Origin: an uncultured virus (IMG/VR IMGVR_UViG_3300031088_000775)
Taxonomy: Duplodnaviria; Heunggongvirae; Uroviricota; Caudoviricetes
Direction: 5' to 3' (one strand)
Virus record (IMG/VR): IMGVR_UViG_3300031088_000775
Length of the DNA stretch: 64,000 nucleotides
Of the stretch, positions 57,176 to 64,000 are shown piece after piece. Each line of letters begins with the position of its first letter. Positions within the stretch are counted from its first letter, which is position 1. A program made the translations under genes and the position numbers. The notes below the pieces were generated by a model that worked only from the letters and a program-made list of their open reading frames with translations, was not told where the DNA came from and searched no databases.

Positions 57176-58333
57176 ATGTCTGAAAGCAATAGAGGTTTAG
57201 ATTCTGAGTCTTTTTACACTTACAAGATAACTGCTCCTGAATCTGGGTCACTAAAATACTATCTAGGTGTTCGAAAGATTTCTATACCATACAATCAAGT
57301 GACTGAAGCGGACTGCTTAAAGGATAATTACTATGGTTCAGGCGGGGTTAAGTACTCAGCTTGGCGAAAGAAGTATAAAGAGTTCTTTAAGAAAGAAATC
57401 ATAGAGATTTTCTCTTCTAGAGAGGATGCTTATCTTGCTGAACGTCTACTTGTTGGTGATTTATGGAAGACTGATGGAAATTGTATGAATAGCGCGCCAG
57501 GCGGGATACTTACGAAAGGCTTTGATAATTCAGAAGATGTCTTTGCTGAAAAAGACTGTGTGATACATGATCGAACAATGCACCAAGGTGATTACTGCTG
57601 TAAATGCTTAGCGTTATCTAAGATCACGATAGAAGATTGTGAGGTACATGGATATGTTAAGCATAGAGACGGAAAATGCTATACTTGTAGAAACAATGAG
57701 AATACTAGTTTAAAAGAATGCTCTGTGCATGGATTAACAAAGCATAAAGGCTGGTCTTGTTATAAGTGTTCGATAAACTCTAAAGAATTTTATGAAGTCT
57801 GCGAGAAGCATGGGAGAACTAAGCACACTTCGACTGGTGAGTGCTACTCTTGTAGGAACTCATTTCGAGTTAGTTTAAAGAATTGTTCTAAACATGGCGA
57901 AGTTAAGCATAATGGAGATAGTTGCTATAAATGCATTAGCGAGGGCAGTAAAAATATAGGTCACTGTGAAGTTCATGGTGAAGTGGCTTTTCAAGGTAAT
58001 TCTTGCGCTTCTTGCGTTAATGAGAAAAAGATTGCGAGCAAGGAATGCTCTGTTCATGGTCTGACTACTCATTTCGGAGACTCATGTGCGAAATGCTCTT
58101 CTAGAAATTCTATTTCAATTAAGATGTGCTCGATTCACGGTGAAGTAAAGCATTTTGGGGATACTTGCTCTACATGTCGCTCGCAGAAAGCTGTTAATGA
58201 AAATTTTTGTGAAATTCATGGGTGGTCGAAGTTTAGGGGATCTAATTGTTATAAGTGCTTGGCAAGTAAGACTGCTCATACTCGATTTCATAAGGAGAGT
58301 TTTAAGGAGGGTTGCGTATATTGCGAAAAGTAA
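57176..58333 (+). CDS. GIY-YIG (Seg-like) endonuclease with 9 tandem C-x2-H-G-x3-H-x4-C-x2-C repeats
   Basis: FYTYKI..YYLGVR..YYGSG..AE..N..GG catalytic domain followed by ~27-aa repeats. Confidence 0.82.
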   Translation: MSESNRGLDSESFYTYKITAPESGSLKYYLGVRKISIPYNQVTEADCLKDNYYGSGGVKYSAWRKKYKEFFKKEIIEIFSSREDAYLAERLLVGDLWKTDGNCMNSAPGGILTKGFDNSEDVFAEKDCVIHDRTMHQGDYCCKCLALSKITIEDCEVHGYVKHRDGKCYTCRNNENTSLKECSVHGLTKHKGWSCYKCSINSKEFYEVCEKHGRTKHTSTGECYSCRNSFRVSLKNCSKHGEVKHNGDSCYKCISEGSKNIGHCEVHGEVAFQGNSCASCVNEKKIASKECSVHGLTTHFGDSCAKCSSRNSISIKMCSIHGEVKHFGDTCSTCRSQKAVNENFCEIHGWSKFRGSNCYKCLASKTAHTRFHKESFKEGCVYCEK

Positions 58334-58457
58334 AAAAGAGCGATATTGCGTAAGGCTATACGTCAAAACTATTATTTTTTGGTACAATAGTTTAAAGTTG
58401 AAACTTAAGAGTTACGACTACAGTAATAATAAATCTGTAAGGATGGATAAAAAGTAA

Positions 58458-60896
58458 ATGGCAAGAAAAAAGAAAAATGCAGTTACAGGTGCTGATCTTA
58501 AGCTAAAGCAGAAGAAGTTTGAGCAGGTTGCTGGAAATATTGAGATTACTCCAGTAAGTAAATTCCTTAAAGAGAACTTTCTTCCTTACGCTTGGTCATA
58601 TAACCTTGACCGAGCTCTGAATGACGTGACTGGTCTTAAGCCAGTTCAGCGTAGAATTCTTTACACAATGTATAAAGAGGGATTGACTCCCGGTTCAAAG
58701 CGTTCTAAGGTAGCCTCACTTGTTGGTTCAGTGCTACACTACCACCCGCACGGTGACTCTTCAGTAGAAGACGCGCTAAAGAATCTAGCTCGAGAGCACA
58801 TCTTCCGCGTACCACTTATTGACGGTAAAGGCGACTTCGGTATTCCAGGTACTCCAGGTGCTGCCGGACGTTATATCGAGGCTCGACTAAATAAAGCAGC
58901 TTGGTTAAATGTTCAAGAAATTGGTGAACATGCTACTGCTATGATGCCAAGTTACGATGGTTCTAAAGAGGAGCCCGTAAAGACTCCAGTGCGTTGGCCT
59001 ATCTCTGTCATTAACGGTGGCGCAGGTATTGCTATCGCTTACGCCTCTTCGATGCCTTCACACAATCCTTCGGAAATCATGAAAGCATGCAAGCTGCTAG
59101 TGCGTAAGCCTGACTCAACTCACGCTGCATTGCAGAAAATTATTCTCGGCCCAGATTTCAACATGGGTGGAAGCATTACATCTAATGAGGGAATTAAGCA
59201 GTATTTAGAGACTGGTCAAGGTGCATTCAAGATTCGCGGTCAGTACACTGTTACTCCAGGTGCTCGATCTAGTTTCCGTATTGAGTTTGATGAGATTCCA
59301 TTCGGAACTTACCCTGAAAAAATTATTCAGGAAATTCAGAAGAAGATGGAGGCTGGTCATCTTAAAGAGGTTTCTAGCTATAAAGACCTTGGGGACTTGA
59401 CTCACCCTATTCGTATTGTTATTGATACTAAGCCTTCCTCTAATTATAAGAAGGTTCTAGCAGATCTTTTCAAGCACACTAGTCTTGAATCATCATTCTC
59501 TGCTAACATCACTACAATTGTGAATAATAAGCCTCAATTGTCTTCAATGAAAGATCTACTTATCGACTTCATTGAATTCCGCAAGCAGTGCATTTTCAAT
59601 AAGACTAAATTCAGCCTAAAGAAGAAAGACGAGCGACTTCACATGGTCGATGGTCTGATGAAGGCTCTTATGGATATTGATTCCGCAATCTCTATCATTC
59701 GTAAGTCTGATGATATTGAATCAGCTCGAGAGAAACTACAGGCGAAGTTCAAAATTGATTCAATTCAGGCTGACTACGTTCTTTCACTTCAGTTACGCCG
59801 ACTAACTAAAATGGATAAGCTAGAGTTAGAGAATGAGCGTAAGGAACTTATTGATTCAATCACCTATCTTCAAAGTCTAATGACTGATGAAGAAGTTCTT
59901 AAAGAATACCTTCTTAAAGAGTTCGATGAAACCCTTAAGGTTATCGGTGATGAGCGTAAGACTGAAGTCAACCAGATGACTGAAGAGGAGCTTGCTGCTG
60001 CTGAGAAGGAAATGGCTAACGAACTAAAGGCTGATGAAAAAGATCTTCCATGCCACCTGACTCGCTTTGCAGACGGTAAACTTCTAAAGTCTAAAGAGCG
60101 CTTCGAGTATACTGGTAGAACTAATAAGCTAAGTAATACACCAGTTAAAGAAAGATTGTCAGTAGGAACGAAAGATTCAATTATCGTTATAGATAGCAAG
60201 GGCACTGGACATAAGGTTTCTATGTCCTATCTTATTGAAGATAAAGCATCGGACTCTAAGGCCCTAGGACTAGATCTACCTAAGGACGCAACTGTTATCG
60301 GCGTTTCAAAGCTTGAGGCTGGTAAAAATGAGTATGGTGTTCTGATTGGTACTCGAAAGGGATTAGCAAAGCTTGTTAAAGTCGAGTGGCCAAATAGTGA
60401 AGAATTCCCAGTTATCAATCTTGATGAAGATGATGAAGTTATCTATGTAGAGTGGCTCACTAAACCAGTTGACTCTCTTGACATGGTATTCGTTTCTTCA
60501 GATGGATATATTGCACGATTCCCAGTTAGCACTCTTCGCGCTTCTGGCTTCAGGTCAGCCGGAGTTAGAGGAATGAAGCTCCGCGAAAACGCTCAAGCTG
60601 TAACTGCAACTACAGTGCCTACAGGAAAAGCTGACGGCATCTTTGTTATCACTCAAGGCGATAAGACTATAAAGATGTCTACGCTTGAAGAGGTGCCTAC
60701 TAAAGGCAAGGGCGTTTCAGGCGTAATTATCCACGTCTTTAAGAAGGATGAAAGTAAGCTGACTAACGCTTATGTTGGTGTTGAACCAGTTGCAACTCTT
60801 GATAAGTTCAAGAGCGTTGTTCCTCTACCGACAATTCAGAAACGTTCTTCAAAAGGTATCGACTTTGATTTCAAGGTGCTCTTCGGTACCATGTAA
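58458..60896 (+). CDS. gyrA: Type IIA DNA topoisomerase subunit A (GyrA/ParC)
   Basis: GLKPVQRRILY, YHPHGDSS, catalytic AAGRYIEARL, GPDF, LQLRRLT, and a beta-pinwheel-like CTD; no canonical GyrA box seen. Confidence 0.92.
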   Translation: MARKKKNAVTGADLKLKQKKFEQVAGNIEITPVSKFLKENFLPYAWSYNLDRALNDVTGLKPVQRRILYTMYKEGLTPGSKRSKVASLVGSVLHYHPHGDSSVEDALKNLAREHIFRVPLIDGKGDFGIPGTPGAAGRYIEARLNKAAWLNVQEIGEHATAMMPSYDGSKEEPVKTPVRWPISVINGGAGIAIAYASSMPSHNPSEIMKACKLLVRKPDSTHAALQKIILGPDFNMGGSITSNEGIKQYLETGQGAFKIRGQYTVTPGARSSFRIEFDEIPFGTYPEKIIQEIQKKMEAGHLKEVSSYKDLGDLTHPIRIVIDTKPSSNYKKVLADLFKHTSLESSFSANITTIVNNKPQLSSMKDLLIDFIEFRKQCIFNKTKFSLKKKDERLHMVDGLMKALMDIDSAISIIRKSDDIESAREKLQAKFKIDSIQADYVLSLQLRRLTKMDKLELENERKELIDSITYLQSLMTDEEVLKEYLLKEFDETLKVIGDERKTEVNQMTEEELAAAEKEMANELKADEKDLPCHLTRFADGKLLKSKERFEYTGRTNKLSNTPVKERLSVGTKDSIIVIDSKGTGHKVSMSYLIEDKASDSKALGLDLPKDATVIGVSKLEAGKNEYGVLIGTRKGLAKLVKVEWPNSEEFPVINLDEDDEVIYVEWLTKPVDSLDMVFVSSDGYIARFPVSTLRASGFRSAGVRGMKLRENAQAVTATTVPTGKADGIFVITQGDKTIKMSTLEEVPTKGKGVSGVIIHVFKKDESKLTNAYVGVEPVATLDKFKSVVPLPTIQKRSSKGIDFDFKVLFGTM

Positions 60897-60931
60897 TTTG
60901 ATTCTTTGAGAATCTTTGAATAGTCTACTTG

Positions 60932-60957
60932 AGGCGGGGTCTTAGACCCCGCCTTTT
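60932..60957 (+). terminator. Intrinsic terminator after gyrA
   Basis: AGGCGGGGTCT/AGACCCCGCCT plus TTT. Confidence 0.75.
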
Positions 60958-60995
60958 GTGATATTTGTATAAAATCTTTTGAAAGGCCTTTCTTA

Positions 60996-61874
60996 ATGTC
61001 ATCTTGCTATGTTAACTCTAAACTTGAAGAGCGCTCGTTTAAAGACCGCGCTTTCATGGGCGCTACACACGCTATGAGTGGTGTTGCTCTATTCTTAGCT
61101 ATTGCAGCATTCGCACCCGACTTTACTGAAAAGGCCCTAGGTACTTCAGTAATCTGGGTTATTATTTTAGGGGCTTTAGTTACTGCTGGAGCCGCACTTC
61201 TGCCAGACCTTGATAACACTACATCTACTGCTAAAAACTCTTTAGGCCCGCTTGGTCTCGTTCTTAGCTACTTCTTTAGAACATCTTCCGCAATCATTCA
61301 AACAGTTGTCAGAACTCCAAGAGATGATCCTGAACCTAACCCTCACCGTGGAGCTTGGCACACTATTCCAGCAGCAGCCTTACTTGGGTATTTAACTTAT
61401 TTAGGGACTAAAATTGGTGGTTCAGTTGACATACCTCTTATAGGTACTATTACTGGTGGCGGAGTTTTTGCGCTTGTTATTGCTTTCTTAATGACTCATT
61501 TAGCTCTTTCAGGGCTTGCTAGTAGCTTTATGAAGAAAATTAAGAAGTCAAGTGCTGTTGGCGAGCTTGTTGCACTAGCAATTTCATTTACATTGACTGC
61601 TTTAATTTTTGTAAATATTCCTACAGATATTAGTTTCTGGTGGTTGGGGGTTTCAGTTGGGTTTGGAATGTTCGTTCATATCCTTGGGGATAGTATGACC
61701 ACGGCCGGCGTGCCCATCCTCTTCCCGCTTTCAGCAATTATTAAAGGTAAGTTCTGGTGGACTACAAGATTCTTGACAATTAAGGCTGGCGGGATCGTGG
61801 AAAATACTATCTTCCTCCCGGGCTTCACAGTCCTATCAATAGTCTCAATCGTAAAAATTCTAATAGATATGTAA
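60996..61874 (+). CDS. YdjM-like membrane-bound metal-dependent hydrolase
   Basis: MGATHAMSG, ALLPDLD, HRGAWHT, HILGDSMT..GVP. Start may be at 61056. Confidence 0.85.
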   Translation: MSSCYVNSKLEERSFKDRAFMGATHAMSGVALFLAIAAFAPDFTEKALGTSVIWVIILGALVTAGAALLPDLDNTTSTAKNSLGPLGLVLSYFFRTSSAIIQTVVRTPRDDPEPNPHRGAWHTIPAAALLGYLTYLGTKIGGSVDIPLIGTITGGGVFALVIAFLMTHLALSGLASSFMKKIKKSSAVGELVALAISFTLTALIFVNIPTDISFWWLGVSVGFGMFVHILGDSMTTAGVPILFPLSAIIKGKFWWTTRFLTIKAGGIVENTIFLPGFTVLSIVSIVKILIDM

Positions 61875-61930
61875 GAAAGTTTTAAAATGTCTAATCTACC
61901 TAAAGTCTCTATTTCAGAGAGATCCCTGAA

Positions 61931-63160
61931 ATGATGAGAATGTTTAATTTTAAGTTAAATAAAGATCGAGACCCTAAAATAACCAGCTGCAATACAATGA
62001 TAGAGCTATATTGGGATTGCAATAAAGGCCATACTTTTAAATCTCGAGGCTGCGATTTGAAGTCAAGAGGCTATAAATGTAAAGAGTGCTATCCGAGTAG
62101 AAACGTATCCCCGAAGGTAAATTCTCTCCAGGCGATTTATCCAGATATTTCTGCTCATTATGATAGAGAAAGAAATGGTAACACGCCAGATCAAGTGCAT
62201 AAGGGCTCTAAAAGGCTGGTTTGGTGGCTCTGCGATTTCGGACATAATTATGATAGAGAAGTTTATGTAGAGGTAAGATATGAGGGACGCTGCCCTATTT
62301 GTACTGGCTATAGATTAGTTCCTGGAATAAATGATTTAGAAACTCTTTACCCGCATCTTGCTCCTATGTGGAGCCCTAATAACCCTAAGCCTATGAATAT
62401 GTATTCTCCTAAGAGTGATTTTAAGGCTGAATTGATTTGCTCCTCAGGGCATGTATTTTTAAGAAGAATTTTCCATCAGACTAACGGTAATCTTTTACCT
62501 TGTCCTGAGTGCCCTAAGCCTATACCTTTTGAAACTTCTGTAGCTTCAAGTGATTTGTTAATGAGCATGTGGAGCGAAGTTAACGAAGAAGACCCGAGAT
62601 ATATTAAGAAGAAATCTCATAAGATCTTTACTTGGAATGGTAGAAATTGTGGGCACGCATTTATGAAGTCTGTTAAAGATGTTACTGAAACTTATGGTAA
62701 GTGTTCTGACTGCAAAAACACTCAAGAAGATATTTTCGCTGACTTTATTAAAGATAGATATGAATTGTCTAATATTTTAAGAAATAAAAGACTTCTTAAG
62801 AGTGATGAAATGAATCTTGAGTTAGATATTGTTGTTCCTGATAAGAATATTGCTATAGAATTTAATGGAGAATTGTGGCATTCTAATATTAAGATTTCTT
62901 CTAATAGCGTTTTTGGTAGTGCTGTGAAGTATCACTCTTGGAAGATCTCTAAATCTAAAGACATTAACCTTGATTTGAAGTTTGTTTGGGCTCATGATTG
63001 GAGGGCTCATAAAGAAGAATTGTTTGATGCACTTGATGAATTGTTTATGAATGGAGAATCTGACTCCCCTTTTCTGAATCGTTTAGAGTCTCGTTTTGAT
63101 AGAGATTTGGATTGCGGTTGTGAGAAGTTTGAGAAGTCTCCAGAGTGGCTTACTACATAA
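61931..63160 (+). CDS. Zinc-ribbon (DUF4379-like) repeat plus PD-(D/E)XK/DUF559-like endonuclease; N-terminus possibly frameshifted
   Basis: WxCxxGH and CPxC repeats, ELDIVVPDKNIAIEFNGELWHS. An RBS-preceded ATG at 61887 is out of frame by one base. Confidence 0.8.
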   Translation: MMRMFNFKLNKDRDPKITSCNTMIELYWDCNKGHTFKSRGCDLKSRGYKCKECYPSRNVSPKVNSLQAIYPDISAHYDRERNGNTPDQVHKGSKRLVWWLCDFGHNYDREVYVEVRYEGRCPICTGYRLVPGINDLETLYPHLAPMWSPNNPKPMNMYSPKSDFKAELICSSGHVFLRRIFHQTNGNLLPCPECPKPIPFETSVASSDLLMSMWSEVNEEDPRYIKKKSHKIFTWNGRNCGHAFMKSVKDVTETYGKCSDCKNTQEDIFADFIKDRYELSNILRNKRLLKSDEMNLELDIVVPDKNIAIEFNGELWHSNIKISSNSVFGSAVKYHSWKISKSKDINLDLKFVWAHDWRAHKEELFDALDELFMNGESDSPFLNRLESRFDRDLDCGCEKFEKSPEWLTT

Positions 63161-63359
63161 AATCTTAAGGTTTTTAGTAGTTTTTTATAAAGTACTTTTG
63201 TCCTTCGTCTCAAAATACGCTCAACAGACAGTAACTGTAGTCTCACGGCACTTTAGTTACTGACTGTACACAAACCAACCTATAATATGACCCTCTTAGT
63301 CTCGCTGGTAGAGCTGCTAAGAGGGTATTTATTTGTAAATTTTTTGGTAAAATATTTTC

Positions 63360-64000
63360 ATGGCTAAAAAGATTGTTATGTATAAATGTGCTGACTGTGG
63401 GCGTGTACACAGAAAAGAACCGATCTCTTGCAATGGTTGTCAAGGTTTTGGTCCATTTAATGAATTTATTGAAGGTGGTGCTACAGAAGCGTCCAGTGCT
63501 GGTTTGAAATCAGGTGGAGCTGCTGCTCCGTCAAGTCGGGCTATGTCAATTTCAGAATTGAATAATAAGCCCTTTGCTAGAACTGAAACTGGGATTACCG
63601 AGTTAGATAGAGTTCTTGGTGGGGGTTTCGTTAATTCCTCTGTAGTTCTTCTTGGTGGAATGCCTGGAGCTGGTAAGTCTACTATGTGTTTAGCAATTGC
63701 TGAGAAGTTTGCTCAAATGGGTAAGAAAGTGCTTTACGCTTCAGGTGAAGAGTCTGAGCAGCAGATTGGACTTAGAGCTAAGAGGATGAATATTGCTAAT
63801 GAGAATATTCGTATAACAAATGAGGTTAGTCTTGAGGTGATTCAAGGCCATATTGAAACTGAAGCTCCAGAGTTCATGATCATTGATTCACTTCAGACGT
63901 TAGCTAGTTCTGAGATTTCTGGAAGTGTTGGAAGTATTTCTCAATCGAAAGAAGCGGCTCATGTTCTTACCAGAATCGCTAAAACTCGAGGGATTACGGC
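63360..64000 (+). CDS. radA: DNA repair protein RadA/Sms (partial, runs off the window)
   Basis: Not in the ORF track. MAKKIVMYKCADCG..CNGC zinc finger, TGITELDRVLGGG, GGMPGAGKST, LYASGEES, IIDSLQT. Confidence 0.93.
   Translation, partial: MAKKIVMYKCADCGRVHRKEPISCNGCQGFGPFNEFIEGGATEASSAGLKSGGAAAPSSRAMSISELNNKPFARTETGITELDRVLGGGFVNSSVVLLGGMPGAGKSTMCLAIAEKFAQMGKKVLYASGEESEQQIGLRAKRMNIANENIRITNEVSLEVIQGHIETEAPEFMIIDSLQTLASSEISGSVGSISQSKEAAHVLTRIAKTRGIT

Larger units (their letters stand above)
1..64000. mobile_element. Segment of a giant conjugative plasmid or phage-plasmid-like element
   Basis: T4SS/coupling-protein cluster sits alongside phage-type genes (ThyX, RIIA-like, YqaJ, PhoH, free-standing endonucleases), own primase, topoisomerase and sigma factors, and many ORFans. 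No ribosomal or core-metabolism operons. Confidence 0.8.

Noticed and set aside
617..60418. Numerous short antisense or nested ORFs in the track (e.g. 617-898, 12658-13170, 29830-30267, 59870-60205)
   Set aside because: They overlap well-supported genes on the other strand or frame and lack motifs or an RBS; shadow ORFs.
53080..60896. Introns or inteins in the topoisomerase genes
   Set aside because: Both ORFs are continuous and of normal length; the endonucleases are free-standing.
63222..63326. Further copy of the structured repeat upstream of radA
   Set aside because: Only a partial ACTGTAGTCTC match and an unrelated ACCCTCTTAG/CTAAGAGGGT hairpin; similarity too weak.
63243..63443. 66-aa minus-strand ORF
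   Set aside because: Overlaps the radA start and its promoter on the plus strand.
1..64000. tRNA, tmRNA or rRNA genes
   Set aside because: No cloverleaf with a T-loop GTTCRA plus acceptor stem, and no rRNA signatures noticed by eye. A tRNAscan/ARAGORN run would be needed to exclude them fully.

Overview
AT-rich 64-kb segment of what looks like a very large extrachromosomal element, either a conjugative megaplasmid or a phage-plasmid. An actinobacterial host is inferred, not proven, from gene families and leaderless promoters. Genes in 1-45 kb are almost all on the minus strand and those from 45.6 kb mostly on the plus strand. The left part holds two divergent sigma-70-family factors and a Gram-positive-type conjugation region (VirB1-like lysozyme/amidase, giant VirB6-like, ATPase-less VirB4-N-like, VirB2/TcpD-like, TcpC, VirD4 coupling protein, MobC-like RHH protein, two Tad-like pseudopilins, a DUF1524 nuclease) plus PhoH. 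The middle carries phage-like DNA and nucleotide metabolism genes: DnaG, NrdH, Orn, YqaJ exonuclease, ThyX, an RIIA-like ATPase, and a Prim-Pol initiator next to a repeat-containing candidate origin. The right part has type IIA topoisomerase subunits, RadA and several free-standing zinc-finger endonucleases, some disrupted. Features missed by the ORF track include: a compact ~245-nt RNase P RNA gene (47388-47632, minus) with a reduced specificity domain and no P18; a dispersed structured intergenic repeat family with an AGACTGCAGTCT palindrome; two further candidate small RNAs; two distinct promoter classes; and a shared N-terminal His/Cys module on three unrelated proteins. No rRNA, tRNA, CRISPR array, transposase, relaxase or virion structural gene was recognised.
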